Assembly (NCBI RefSeq): GCF_054482595.1
Contig: NZ_CM137008.1
Length of the DNA: 64,000 bases
Direction: 5' to 3' (one strand)
Shown here: one piece after another, positions 35,633 through 47,195 of the stretch
Layout: the number at the start of each line of letters is the position of its first letter
Numbering within the stretch: the stretch's first letter is position 1
Made by a program: the position numbers and the translations under genes
Notes under the pieces: model-generated
Seen by the model: only the letters and a program-made list of their open reading frames with translations
The model's database searches: none
Told to the model about the DNA's origin: nothing

Positions 35633-36712
35633 ATGTCTAAGATTTTTGATTTCGTAAAACCTGGCGTAATCACTGGTGATGACGTACAGAAAGTTTTCCA
35701 GGTAGCAAAAGAAAACAACTTCGCACTGCCAGCAGTAAACTGCGTCGGTACTGACTCCATCAACGCCGTACTGGAAACCGCTGCTAAAGTTAAAGCGCCG
35801 GTTATCGTTCAGTTCTCCAACGGTGGTGCTTCCTTTATCGCTGGTAAAGGCGTGAAATCTGACGTTCCGCAGGGTGCTGCTATCCTGGGCGCGATCTCTG
35901 GTGCGCATCACGTTCACCAGATGGCTGAACATTATGGTGTTCCGGTTATCCTGCACACTGACCACTGCGCGAAGAAACTGCTGCCGTGGATCGACGGTCT
36001 GCTGGACGCGGGTGAAAAACACTTCGCTGCTACCGGCAAGCCGCTGTTCTCTTCTCACATGATCGACCTGTCTGAAGAATCTCTGCAAGAGAACATCGAA
36101 ATCTGCTCTAAATACCTGGAGCGCATGTCCAAAATCGGCATGACTCTGGAAATCGAACTGGGTTGCACCGGTGGTGAAGAAGACGGCGTGGACAACAGTC
36201 ACATGGACGCTTCTGCACTGTACACCCAGCCGGAAGACGTTGATTACGCATACACCGAGCTGAGCAAAATCAGCCCGCGTTTCACCATCGCAGCGTCCTT
36301 CGGTAACGTACACGGTGTTTACAAGCCGGGTAACGTAGTTCTGACTCCGACCATCCTGCGTGATTCTCAGGAATATGTTTCTAAGAAACACAACCTGCCG
36401 CACAACAGCCTGAACTTCGTATTCCACGGTGGTTCCGGTTCTACTGCTCAGGAAATCAAAGACTCCGTAAGCTACGGCGTAGTGAAAATGAACATCGATA
36501 CCGATACCCAATGGGCAACCTGGGAAGGCGTTCTGAACTACTACAAAGCGAACGAAGCTTATCTGCAGGGTCAGCTGGGTAACCCGAAAGGCGAAGATCA
36601 GCCGAACAAGAAATACTACGATCCGCGCGTATGGCTGCGTGCCGGTCAGACTTCGATGATCGCTCGTCTGGAAAAAGCATTCCAGGAACTGAACGCGATC
36701 GACGTTCTGTAA
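35633..36712 (+). CDS. fbaA: Class II fructose-bisphosphate aldolase
   Basis: ORF 35549..36712; start at MSKIFDFVKPGVITGDDVQKVFQVAKENNFALPAVNC... giving 359 aa. Confidence 0.97.
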   Translation: MSKIFDFVKPGVITGDDVQKVFQVAKENNFALPAVNCVGTDSINAVLETAAKVKAPVIVQFSNGGASFIAGKGVKSDVPQGAAILGAISGAHHVHQMAEHYGVPVILHTDHCAKKLLPWIDGLLDAGEKHFAATGKPLFSSHMIDLSEESLQENIEICSKYLERMSKIGMTLEIELGCTGGEEDGVDNSHMDASALYTQPEDVDYAYTELSKISPRFTIAASFGNVHGVYKPGNVVLTPTILRDSQEYVSKKHNLPHNSLNFVFHGGSGSTAQEIKDSVSYGVVKMNIDTDTQWATWEGVLNYYKANEAYLQGQLGNPKGEDQPNKKYYDPRVWLRAGQTSMIARLEKAFQELNAIDVL

Positions 36713-36737
36713 GTCATTCCTTTCTGCTTATCTCAAG

Positions 36738-36760
36738 GCCCGCTCTGCGGGTCTTTTTTT
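36738..36760 (+). terminator. Intrinsic terminator of fbaA
   Basis: gcccgc-tct-gcgggt followed by CTTTTTTT. Confidence 0.65.
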
Positions 36761-36774
36761 CGCCAAAAGAAAAA

Positions 36775-36895
36775 TTGCCTGATGCGCTACGCTTATCAGG
36801 CCTACACGTATCCTGCAATATATTGAATTCGCAGGTTTTTGTAGGCCGGATAAGGCGTTCACGCCGCATCCGGCATGACAAAGCGCACATTGATA
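36775..36895. repeat. BIME (two inverted REP units)
   Basis: gcctgatgcgctacgcttatcaggcctac ... gtaggccggataaggcgttcacgccgcatccggca. Confidence 0.8.
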
Positions 36896-36905
36896 TCTGT
36901 CTGAG

Positions 36906-36936
36906 CCCCGCTCTGCGGGGATTTTTTCGCCAAAAG
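36906..36936 (+). terminator. Second copy of the fbaA terminator-like element (direct repeat)
   Basis: ccccgctctgcggggattttttcgccaaaag, near-identical to 36738-36769. Confidence 0.5.
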
Positions 36937-37069
36937 CAAGGTGATACAGATGAGAAATCTGTGATCTATTTGGCAAAATTATGCTTTATTGTTTACCCTT
37001 GTCAGACTGCCCGTCATAAGGCGGCGGAGTGTATTTCTCCATTTTGAGTCAGTTGAAAAGGAATATTGA

Positions 37070-37930
<861 letters not shown>

Positions 37931-37938
37931 TCAACGCT

Positions 37939-37975
37939 GAGGCCAGATAATACTCTCTGGCCTCTCTCTTATTAG
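37939..37975 (+). terminator. Putative terminator after mscS
   Basis: gaggccag-N10-ctggcctc hairpin followed by a T-rich stretch. Confidence 0.4.
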
Positions 37976-38068
37976 TTTTTCTGATTGCCAATTAATATTA
38001 TCAATTTCCGCTAATAACAATCCCGCGATATAGTCTCTGCATCAGATACTTAATTCGGAATACCAAAC

Positions 38069-38704
38069 GTGTTTTCTTATTACTTTCAAGGTCTTGCGCT
38101 TGGCGCAGCTATGATCCTACCGCTCGGTCCACAAAATGCTTTTGTGATGAATCAGGGCATTCGTCGTCAGTACCACATTATGATTGCCTTACTTTGCGCT
38201 ATCAGCGATTTGGTCCTGATTTGCGCCGGGATTTTTGGTGGCAGCGCGTTATTGATGCAGTCGCCGTGGTTGCTGGCGCTGGTCACCTGGGGCGGCGTAG
38301 CCTTCTTGCTCTGGTATGGTTTTGGCGCTTTTAAAACAGCGATGAGCAGTAATATTGAGTTAGCCAGTGCCGAAGTCCTGAAGCAAGGAAGATGGAAAAT
38401 TATCGCCACCATGTTGGCAGTGACCTGGCTGAATCCGCATGTTTACCTGGATACTTTTGTTGTACTGGGCAGCCTTGGCGGTCAGCTTGACGTCGAACCA
38501 AAACGTTGGTTTGCGCTCGGGACAATTAGCGCCTCTTTCCTGTGGTTCTTTGGTCTGGCTATTCTCGCAGCCTGGCTGGCACCGCGCCTGCGCACGGCAA
38601 AATCACAGCGCATTATCAATCTGGTAGTGGGATGTGTCATGTGGTTTATAGCCTTGCAGCTGGCGAGAGACGGTATTGCTCATGCACAAGCCTTGTTCAG
38701 TTAG
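38069..38704 (+). CDS. argO: Arginine exporter ArgO (LysE family, GTG start)
   Basis: 211-aa hydrophobic ORF matching ArgO/YggA. Confidence 0.93.
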
Positions 38705-38796
38705 GCGCTATCTGATGGAAAAATAAAACAGAGGCGCTAAGCTTGCCTCCAGAGGTCCTGAATTTTAGGCAAGTCAAATAACACGGAGAGACTAAC

Positions 38797-39537
38797 GTGA
38801 AGTTCAAAGTTATCGCCCTGGCGGCATTAATGGGTATTAGCGGGATGGCAGCGCAGGCTAACGAATTGCCGGATGGACCGCATATTGTCACCTCCGGTAC
38901 GGCAAGCGTGGATGCGGTGCCAGACATTGCCACTCTTGCGATTGAAGTCAATGTGGCCGCAAAGGATGCCGCTACTGCCAAGAAACAGGCGGATGAGCGC
39001 GTCGCACAATACATTTCCTTCCTTGAACTCAATCAGATCGCGAAAAAAGATATCAGCTCAGCGAACTTACGCACCCAGCCAGATTATGATTATCAGGATG
39101 GTAAAAGTATCCTTAAAGGCTACCGCGCTGTGAGAACGGTGGAAGTCACGCTCCGTCAGTTAGACAAACTGAATTCCTTGCTGGATGGCGCGCTGAAGGC
39201 GGGTCTTAACGAAATTCGTTCTGTGTCGCTGGGCGTGGCGCAGCCGGATGCCTATAAAGACAAAGCACGTAAGGCAGCGATTGATAACGCGATTCATCAG
39301 GCGCAGGAACTGGCGAACGGCTTTCATCGTAAACTGGGGCCGGTATATAGCGTGCGCTACCATGTTTCCAACTATCAGCCCAGCCCAATGGTGCGGATGA
39401 TGAAAGCCGATGCCGCGCCGGTCTCAGCCCAGGAAACTTACGAGCAGGCCGCTATTCAGTTTGATGATCAGGTCGATGTGGTCTTCCAGTTAGAACCTGT
39501 GGATCAACAACCCGCTAAAACACCTGCAGCACAATAA
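38797..39537 (+). CDS. yggE: DUF541/SIMPL periplasmic protein YggE (GTG start)
   Basis: 246-aa ORF with signal peptide matching YggE. Confidence 0.9.
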   Translation: MKFKVIALAALMGISGMAAQANELPDGPHIVTSGTASVDAVPDIATLAIEVNVAAKDAATAKKQADERVAQYISFLELNQIAKKDISSANLRTQPDYDYQDGKSILKGYRAVRTVEVTLRQLDKLNSLLDGALKAGLNEIRSVSLGVAQPDAYKDKARKAAIDNAIHQAQELANGFHRKLGPVYSVRYHVSNYQPSPMVRMMKADAAPVSAQETYEQAAIQFDDQVDVVFQLEPVDQQPAKTPAAQ

Positions 39538-39704
39538 TACTTGTAGCCCGACGTATTCGTCGGGCTAATGCCTTTACCCGATATTGCCTCCTTTTTCTGT
39601 AATTTTCTGTAAAACCATGACGTAATCACCTATCTTTGCTCGCGGTTTCATCAAGGATAGGCTGACTGAAACGGTTAAGCGGACAAGGATGCGGGGGAGG
39701 GGGG

Positions 39705-40601
39705 ATGGACATTTTTATTTCGAAAAAGATGCGCAATTTCATTTTATTAGCGCAAACCAATAATATTGCCCGGGCGGCAGAAAAAATCCATATGACGGCT
39801 TCGCCATTTGGTAAAAGCATTGCCGCGCTGGAAGAACAAATTGGCTATACGCTATTTACCCGCAAAGATAATAATATCAGCCTCAATAAAGCCGGACAGG
39901 AACTGTATCAAAAACTGTTCCCGGTTTATCAACGGCTTTCTGCGATTGATAATGAAATCCATAACTCAGGGCGTCGTTCACGAGAAATTGTGATTGGCAT
40001 AGATAATACTTATCCGACAATTATTTTCGATCAGTTGATTAGTCTCGGAGATAAGTATGAAGGCGTGACCGCCCAGCCAGTTGAGTTCAGCGAAAACGGC
40101 GTTATCGATAATCTTTTTGACCGCCAGTTAGATTTTATTATCTCCCCACAGCATGTATCTGCACGAGTTCAGGAACTGGAAAACCTGACTATCAGTGAAC
40201 TACCACCGCTGCGATTGGGCTTTCTCGTTTCTCGCCGTTATGAAGAGCGTCAAGAGCAAGAGCTGCTTCAGGAGCTGCCCTGGCTACAAATGCGCTTTCA
40301 AAACCGGGCTAACTTCGAAGCAATGATTGATGCTAATATGCGACCTTGTGGGATCAATCCAACCATTATTTATCGTCCCTACAGTTTTATGGCCAAAATC
40401 AGCGCCGTGGAGCGCGGACATTTTCTGACGGTGATCCCGCATTTTGCCTGGCGACTGGTGAATCCGGCAACGCTGAAATATTTTGATGCGCCGCACAGGC
40501 CGATGTATATGCAGGAATATCTTTATTCAATCAGAAATCATCGTTATACCGCCACGATGCTTCAGCATATTGCTGAAGATCGTGACGGGACAAACCATTA
40601 A
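39705..40601 (+). CDS. ygfI: LysR-family transcriptional regulator YgfI
   Basis: 298-aa ORF with N-terminal HTH; position next to scpC. Confidence 0.85.
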   Translation: MDIFISKKMRNFILLAQTNNIARAAEKIHMTASPFGKSIAALEEQIGYTLFTRKDNNISLNKAGQELYQKLFPVYQRLSAIDNEIHNSGRRSREIVIGIDNTYPTIIFDQLISLGDKYEGVTAQPVEFSENGVIDNLFDRQLDFIISPQHVSARVQELENLTISELPPLRLGFLVSRRYEERQEQELLQELPWLQMRFQNRANFEAMIDANMRPCGINPTIIYRPYSFMAKISAVERGHFLTVIPHFAWRLVNPATLKYFDAPHRPMYMQEYLYSIRNHRYTATMLQHIAEDRDGTNH

Positions 40602-42076
40602 CCCAGCATCGAGCCGGTTGCAATTAAATTACGGTGTAAGTCGAAGACGTGGCTAAGATCGTGGTGAATATGTCCGCCAGGCGCATTTTCCAGATAGCGA
40701 TGCAGATAATCCCGATACATAGGATGTGCACAATTATCAATGATCGTGCGGGCGCGTTGAAGCGGGGAAAGACCGCGCAGATCGGCGATCCCTTGTTCGG
40801 TGATGATCACTTTGACGCTGTGTTCGCTGTGATCAACATGGCTGCACATTGGCACGACGGTTGAGATCTTGCCTTCTTTAGCAATCGATGGGGCCATAAA
40901 GATCGACAGATACGCGTTGCGTTCAAAATCACCGCTGCCGCCGATGCCGTTCATCAGATCGACCCCGGCTACGTGCGTTGAGTTGGCATGCCCGTAAATA
41001 TCAAACTCCAGGCCGACGTTCAGAGCGATGACGCCCAGACGACGGATGATTTCCGGGTTATTGGAAATCTCCTGCGGACGCAACACAATGCGGCTGGCAA
41101 AGTAATCCATATTGTCGTAAATCTTGCGCAGGGAATCGGCCGAGATTGTCAGGCTGGAGGCGCTGGCCCCGCTGATTTTGCCGGTTTCCAGTAAATGCAC
41201 CACCGATTCCTGTAGCACTTCCGAATACATCATAAACGGAGGAATTTCCGGGTTTTCCCCCAGACGCGCCATTACCGCATTATTGATATTGCCCACGCCA
41301 CTTTGCAGCGGCAGAAATTCCGGCGGAATACGCCCATGCGCCATTTCCTGCAATAAGAACGTGACCACGTTATCGGCAATCTGCTGGCACATGGGATTTT
41401 GCTTATCCAGCATATTACCGGCGTCGGGCAAGTTGGTTTCCACGACGGCGACAATCTTTTTCGGATCGATTTGCACATAGCGGGTACCGACGCGATCCAT
41501 TGCATGGAAGATCGACACGCTATTACGCCGCGGTGGCGCGCCAGGAATCACAATATCTGCCAGTTCTGCAACGCGCGGATCGTGATAGTGATTAAGTTCA
41601 ATGATCACTTTCTTCGCCCGCAGCAGCCATGTCGGCGCATTACCGATCCCGCTGGTTAACCAGACTCGACCATCCGGTGCCAGTGCCGATGCTTCAATGA
41701 CGGCAACATCAATGTCGCCGAAGAAACCGTAATTGACCATTTGCGCCACTTCGCTCAAATGCAGGTCAACGAAACTCACCGCGCCCTGATTGATCTTTTT
41801 ACGTAAACCGGACGATGTTTGATATGGCGCACGCCAGGAAACAGCATCAGCGTCAGAAAGTACATCGTCAGCGGCGGCGCTGATTGACGCACCCGTCAGC
41901 AGGCGAATTTGATACGGCTTTTTGGCCTCATGCTGTTCGTTAGCTCTGCGGGCAATCGCGGTGGGTAGGGCTTTCGGTGAACCCGCTGGGGTAAAGCCGC
42001 TAAATGCCACCATGTCGTTATGCTGGATAATTTCTGCCGCTTCATCGGCGGTCATCCTTGTCCACTGAGTTTCCAT
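40598..42076 (-). CDS. scpC: Propionyl-CoA:succinate CoA transferase
   Basis: 492-aa ORF matching ScpC/YgfH. Confidence 0.95.
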   Translation of the reverse strand: METQWTRMTADEAAEIIQHNDMVAFSGFTPAGSPKALPTAIARRANEQHEAKKPYQIRLLTGASISAAADDVLSDADAVSWRAPYQTSSGLRKKINQGAVSFVDLHLSEVAQMVNYGFFGDIDVAVIEASALAPDGRVWLTSGIGNAPTWLLRAKKVIIELNHYHDPRVAELADIVIPGAPPRRNSVSIFHAMDRVGTRYVQIDPKKIVAVVETNLPDAGNMLDKQNPMCQQIADNVVTFLLQEMAHGRIPPEFLPLQSGVGNINNAVMARLGENPEIPPFMMYSEVLQESVVHLLETGKISGASASSLTISADSLRKIYDNMDYFASRIVLRPQEISNNPEIIRRLGVIALNVGLEFDIYGHANSTHVAGVDLMNGIGGSGDFERNAYLSIFMAPSIAKEGKISTVVPMCSHVDHSEHSVKVIITEQGIADLRGLSPLQRARTIIDNCAHPMYRDYLHRYLENAPGGHIHHDLSHVFDLHRNLIATGSMLG

Positions 42077-42099
42077 TTTTACTCCTTCGTTCGCAGGGA

Positions 42100-42885
42100 T
42101 TAATGACCAACGAAATTAGGTTTACGTTTTTCGAGGAAAGCGTTCATCCCTTCCTGGTAATCTTCGCTGTCATAAACGGCGCGGCGCATCCCCTGAATAC
42201 GTTCAAATTCATCGGAGTTCATGGTGTGTGCTTCGCCCAGTACACGCAGCTCTTCTTTGATAACGGCAATGGCTAACGGCGCTTTCTCAGAGATGTGGTG
42301 CGCCATTTGTAAGGTGAAATCTTCCAGTTCTTCCACTTCCACAACATGGTTGAGGATGCCGACAGCCAGCGCGCGCTGGGCGGTGATTGGCGAAGCGGTA
42401 AAAATCAGCTCTTTGACAATGTGGAAGCCCGCGTCGCGGGTCAGGTTGTGAATGCCGACCAGGTTATACGGGACGCCGAGGTTTACAGGTGTCATTGAGA
42501 AGGTTGAGGTACTGGCGGCGATGATCAGATCGGAACTCATGATCATTTCAAATGCGCCACCCCAAACACTACCTTCCACCATCGAAATGATCGGTTTCGG
42601 GAATTTTTGGATCATGCGGGTGATTTGACGCAACGGATCATCATAGGAGAGCGGATCGCGACCGCCAGACGGCAGTTCGTGAATATCGTGACCTGCGGAG
42701 AAGACTTTGGATCCACTCGGCGCGCGCAAAATGATACAGCGAATTTCCGGTCGGTTGAGATCGCTTAATGCCTGCATAAGATCATCAATAAAGACTTTAC
42801 TTAAGGCATTAAGTTTGCGGCCATAGTTAAACTCAATGACCGCCACTTTGTTGATAGTGACAACGTTCACATACTGATAAGACAT
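42100..42885 (-). CDS. scpB: Methylmalonyl-CoA decarboxylase (crotonase family)
   Basis: ORF 42100..42927; start at MSYQYVNVVTINKVAVIEFNYGRK... giving 261 aa. Confidence 0.93.
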   Translation of the reverse strand: MSYQYVNVVTINKVAVIEFNYGRKLNALSKVFIDDLMQALSDLNRPEIRCIILRAPSGSKVFSAGHDIHELPSGGRDPLSYDDPLRQITRMIQKFPKPIISMVEGSVWGGAFEMIMSSDLIIAASTSTFSMTPVNLGVPYNLVGIHNLTRDAGFHIVKELIFTASPITAQRALAVGILNHVVEVEELEDFTLQMAHHISEKAPLAIAVIKEELRVLGEAHTMNSDEFERIQGMRRAVYDSEDYQEGMNAFLEKRKPNFVGH

Positions 42886-42895
42886 AAAAATTCCT

Positions 42896-43891
42896 TTAAT
42901 CAAAATATTGCGTCTGGATAAATTCACTGAGCTGCCGCAGGCCGGTGCGCGGTGAGAGCGTATTGTTTTTGACCGCTAAAAGCGTCTGGCGGTAATAGCG
43001 ATCGAAATCTTCATTCGCGAACAGGTGATTCAGTACTTCTTCTTCGGTTTGTTTACGCAGCCATTCCACCGATTGTTGTTGCCGCACTTGCTGTAAACGA
43101 CCACTGGCAGTTAGCGCGGTTTTGAAGTCGATGATGGCGTGCCAGATCTCATCGATTCCACGTTTTTCCAGTGCGCTACAAGTCAGAACCCGTGGCTGCC
43201 ATTCGTCGTATTTACGTCGCAGAATATGCAGGGCACTCTCGTACATATGCCGGGCAATGGCGACATTGGTATGGTTATCGCCATCGTCTTTGTTGATAAC
43301 GATCAGATCAGCCACTTCCATCAGCCCTTTTTTAATGCCCTGCAGATCATCGCCGCCACCGGCAATTTGCAACGAGATAAAACAGTCCACCATGCGGGCG
43401 ACTTCCGTTTCCGACTGCCCGACGCCAACCGTTTCGACAATCACTACGTCATAACCCGCCGCTTCGCATAACAGCATTAATTCCCGCGCTCGCTGACTGG
43501 CACCGCCCAGATGACCGGAGGATGGTACCGGGCGAATAAACGCCGTCTCGGCACGCGCCAGGTCATTCATGCGGGTTTTATCCCCGAGAATGCTACCGCC
43601 AGTGACCGGACTGCTGGGATCGACCGCAATAACCGCAACTTTTAATCCATCACGAATCAACAACATGCCAAAGGCTTCAAGAAAGGTACTTTTCCCCGCG
43701 CCGGGTGTGCCGGTAACGCCCAGTCGCAGGGCGTTACCGCAGTACGGCATAATGGCATCAAGCAGTTGCGTACTTAGCGCCTGATGACGCGGGTGACGGC
43801 TTTCCACCAGCGTCATGGCCTGGGCGAGTGTGGCACGCTCACCCTGACGTAAGCGGCGAATACTTTCTGCCAGCGTGGCTTCATTAATCAT
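42896..43891 (-). CDS. argK: MeaB-like G-protein chaperone of methylmalonyl-CoA mutase
   Basis: 331-aa ORF with P-loop [12 protein letters not shown]. Confidence 0.93.
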   Translation of the reverse strand: MINEATLAESIRRLRQGERATLAQAMTLVESRHPRHQALSTQLLDAIMPYCGNALRLGVTGTPGAGKSTFLEAFGMLLIRDGLKVAVIAVDPSSPVTGGSILGDKTRMNDLARAETAFIRPVPSSGHLGGASQRARELMLLCEAAGYDVVIVETVGVGQSETEVARMVDCFISLQIAGGGDDLQGIKKGLMEVADLIVINKDDGDNHTNVAIARHMYESALHILRRKYDEWQPRVLTCSALEKRGIDEIWHAIIDFKTALTASGRLQQVRQQQSVEWLRKQTEEEVLNHLFANEDFDRYYRQTLLAVKNNTLSPRTGLRQLSEFIQTQYFD

Positions 43892-46028
43892 GATGCTGGC
43901 TTATCAGATTCAGTACGTCGCGCACACTGTCGAGCATAGGTGTACCTGGACCATAAATCGCCGCCACGCCGCGCTCTTGCAGGAAGGCGTAATCCTGCGG
44001 TGGAATGACGCCACCGGCGACTACGCAGATATCTTCGCGTCCCCATTTTTTCAGCGCTTCGACCAGTTCCGGGATCAGCGTTTTATGACCGGCAGCCAGT
44101 GAGGATGCGCCCACTACGTGAACGTCATTTTCTACTGCCAGGCGGGCGATCTCTTCAGGTGTAGAGAACATCGGGCTTAAATCTACGTCGAAACCGAGAT
44201 CGGAATAGGCGCTGGCGATCACTTTCGCGCCGCGATCGTGCCCATCCTGGCCCATTTTGGCGATCAGAATGCGCGGGCGACGACCATTGTCGACAAGGAA
44301 CTGCTCCGTTTGCGCAACAATGGCATCGAACTCGGAGGCCGATTTCTCAGATTGATGATAGCTTTGCGCAATCACGCCGGTAACACACTGGCTTGGCACC
44401 AGATAACGGTCGAAAGCGGCTTCCAGCGCATCGGAAATTTCACCCAGGGTGGCGCGAACGCGAGCGGCATTAACAGCGGCAGCCAGCAGGTTTTCGTTAT
44501 GCTGGGCGGCGTGAGTCAGGGCGTTCAACGCGGCGGTTACGGCGGCATTATCACGGGTGGCGCGAATGCGTTCCAGCGAAGCAATTTGCTCGTTACGCAC
44601 CATCACGTTGTCGATCTCAAGTACATCGGTTTCGTCTTCGTGATCCAGTTTGTACTTGTTGACACCAACGATGACACGTTTGCCCTGGTCGATAAGCGAC
44701 TGTTCGCGCGCTGAGGCCTCTTCGATCATTCGTTTTGGCAGACCTGCTTCGATCGCTTTCGCCATGCCACCGGCTTCGTCGATCTGTTGGATAATAGCTC
44801 TGGCTTGTTTGACGATTTGATCGGTCAGCGACTCAACGTAATAGGATCCGGCCAGCGGATCGACGGTGCGGCAGAGTTCTGATTCTTCCTGGATGATGAT
44901 CTGGGTGTTGCGGGCAATGCGTGCTGAGAAATCGGTAGGCAAACCAAGCGCTTCGTCAAAGGCGTTGGTATGCAGTGACTGAGTACCACCCAGCGTCGCA
45001 GCCAGTGCTTCAATGGTGGTGCGGATAACGTTGTTATACGGATCCTGTTCAGTCAGGCTCCAGCCTGAGGTCTGGCAGTGGGTACGCAGCGCCAGTGATT
45101 TCGGGTCCTGTGCGCCAAATCCACTGACCGCTTCGCTCCATAAATAACGTGCCGCACGCAACATGGCGACGTTCATAAACAGATCCATGCCGATGCCGAA
45201 GAAGAACGACAGGCGAGGAGCGAAGTCATCAATTTTCAGTCCGGCAGAGATTGCTGCTTTGATGTACTCAATCCCATCAGCGAGCGTAAATGCTACCTGC
45301 TGCACGCAGTTGGCACCCGCTTCACCCATGTGGTAACCGCTGATACTGATGGTATTAAATCGCGGCATGTTGCCGGAACACCAGGCGATGATGTCGGCGA
45401 TAATGCGCATTGACGGTTTTGGCGGGTAAATATAGGTGTTGCGGCAGAGGTACTCTTTGAGGATATCGTTCTGAATGGTGCCGGTCAGTTTATCAGGTGT
45501 AACACCTTGCTCTTCCGCGGCGACGATATAAAACGCCAGTACTGGTAGCACTGCGCCATTCATGGTCATCGAAACCGACATTTTATCCAGCGGGATCTGG
45601 TCGAACAGGACTTTCATATCTTCCACGGTGTCGATAGCGACGCCCGCTTTGCCGACGTCGCCCGCCACGCGCGGGTTATCGGAGTCGTAGCCTCGGTGGG
45701 TGGCAAGGTCAAACGCAACGGAAAGACCTTTTTGCCCGGCGGCCAGGTTACGGCGATAAAAAGCGTTGGACTCTTTTGCTGTTGAAAAACCAGCATACTG
45801 ACGGATGGTCCACGGTTGGGCGGTATACATAGTGGCACGCGGGCCACGAACGTAGGGCGGCAAACCAGGAAGGGTACCTGTCACCTCCAGATTATCGAGA
45901 TCGGCTTCGGTATACAGCGGCTTGATGGCGATCTCTTCCGCGGTTTGCTGAACCAGCGAGTCGACAGTTTTCTCCCGACGGCTCAATTCCTTGTTGGCAA
46001 GCTGTTGCCACTCCTGCACGTTAGACAT
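43884..46028 (-). CDS. scpA: Methylmalonyl-CoA mutase (sleeping beauty mutase)
   Basis: ORF 43884..46049; start at [23 protein letters not shown]... giving 714 aa; B12-binding C-terminal domain. Confidence 0.95.
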   Translation of the reverse strand: MSNVQEWQQLANKELSRREKTVDSLVQQTAEEIAIKPLYTEADLDNLEVTGTLPGLPPYVRGPRATMYTAQPWTIRQYAGFSTAKESNAFYRRNLAAGQKGLSVAFDLATHRGYDSDNPRVAGDVGKAGVAIDTVEDMKVLFDQIPLDKMSVSMTMNGAVLPVLAFYIVAAEEQGVTPDKLTGTIQNDILKEYLCRNTYIYPPKPSMRIIADIIAWCSGNMPRFNTISISGYHMGEAGANCVQQVAFTLADGIEYIKAAISAGLKIDDFAPRLSFFFGIGMDLFMNVAMLRAARYLWSEAVSGFGAQDPKSLALRTHCQTSGWSLTEQDPYNNVIRTTIEALAATLGGTQSLHTNAFDEALGLPTDFSARIARNTQIIIQEESELCRTVDPLAGSYYVESLTDQIVKQARAIIQQIDEAGGMAKAIEAGLPKRMIEEASAREQSLIDQGKRVIVGVNKYKLDHEDETDVLEIDNVMVRNEQIASLERIRATRDNAAVTAALNALTHAAQHNENLLAAAVNAARVRATLGEISDALEAAFDRYLVPSQCVTGVIAQSYHQSEKSASEFDAIVAQTEQFLVDNGRRPRILIAKMGQDGHDRGAKVIASAYSDLGFDVDLSPMFSTPEEIARLAVENDVHVVGASSLAAGHKTLIPELVEALKKWGREDICVVAGGVIPPQDYAFLQERGVAAIYGPGTPMLDSVRDVLNLISQHHD

Positions 46029-46179
46029 TATTTGCTCCGTAAAACGCAATCAAAATGAGGGTATTTGCGCCTACGGTGAGCTTTTTACGTGGGTTTGTCG
46101 CCAGCAAAAAAAATGCATTCAGACGTCGTTTTTTGCCGCCTGAGATTTGTCTATTTTGTGATGTGATTCAAGGAATACA

Positions 46180-46218
46180 AAAAGAAGTGAGGACAACGCC
46201 TGATATGTGCTATCAGGC
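46180..46218 (-). terminator. Putative argP terminator
   Basis: Palindrome gcctgata-tgtgc-tatcaggc 14 nt past the argP stop, followed on the minus strand by a T-rich stretch. Confidence 0.45.
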
Positions 46219-46231
46219 ATTATTTGATGGA

Positions 46232-47125
46232 TTAATCCTGACGAAGGACTTTGTGACCATAATCGAGTAACGCATCAGTGACTTTACGCATCATGCGGCT
46301 TTCAGGTGCAAAGCGGTGCCAGTAAAGCATTCGGCGTTGAAATAGCCCAGGCGTTAAGTCAATCAGTTCACCGCTGGCCAGCTCTTTCTCGATTTGCAGG
46401 TGCGGGATCATACAGCAGGTGGTGCCCTGGCGAGCAAGTTGTACGAACGCTTCTGAAGAATTAACGATATGGCAGGGCACGCTGCCTGGAGGCAGATCGA
46501 AGTTTTGCTGCAAAAAGGCCTGGTGCATATCGTCAAGATGGTCAAACGCGACCACTGGCGCTTTCAGTAATGCCGAACGCGTTACGCCGTTAGGGAAATA
46601 TTTTTCGGCAAAGGGTTTTGAGCTGACGAACAGATAGTCGAGCGCACCAAGTTTATCGACAAGACAACTCGGCAGCGCCTGATGTTGAATACTCACCGCG
46701 CCGACCACTTCGCCGCGGCGCAGACGTTCCTGAGTGCGGGTTTCATCTTCTACCTGCAAGTTGAGGCGGATAGGCGAATCAGCCAACACAGGAGCCAGTG
46801 CAGGAAGCAACCACGTCGCCAGACTGTCGGCGTTGACCGCCAGTGAAAGCAGCAGCGGAGTCGAACCGGTTTGTTCATCGCCCAGCCACTCTTCTTCCAG
46901 CAACTCCACCTGGCGCAGCAGTGCCAGCAGTTTTTGACCTTGTTCCGTTGGGCGCGGCGGTACGGTACGCACCAACAGCGGCTGCCCGAACATATTTTCC
47001 AGTTGCTTAATGCGCTGTGAGACGGCTGATTGTGTAATGCACAGCTTTTGTGCCGCGCGCTCAAATCCTCGTTCACGTATTACCGCATCCAGTGCCTGTA
47101 ATGTTCTGTAGTCCGGGCGTTTCAT
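46232..47125 (-). CDS. argP: LysR-family regulator ArgP (IciA)
   Basis: ORF 46232..47314; start at the internal Met ([43 protein letters not shown]...) giving 297 aa. Confidence 0.95.
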
Positions 47126-47195
47126 TGCTGTTGTCTGCTCCTGGTAAATGCTTTTTCCTGCACTATGACATAATTTTGCGTTGGGTACAGAGCAT

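Noticed and set aside
35537-36511. 324-aa minus-strand ORF antisense to fbaA
   Set aside because: Overlaps fbaA; no start context or protein-like features
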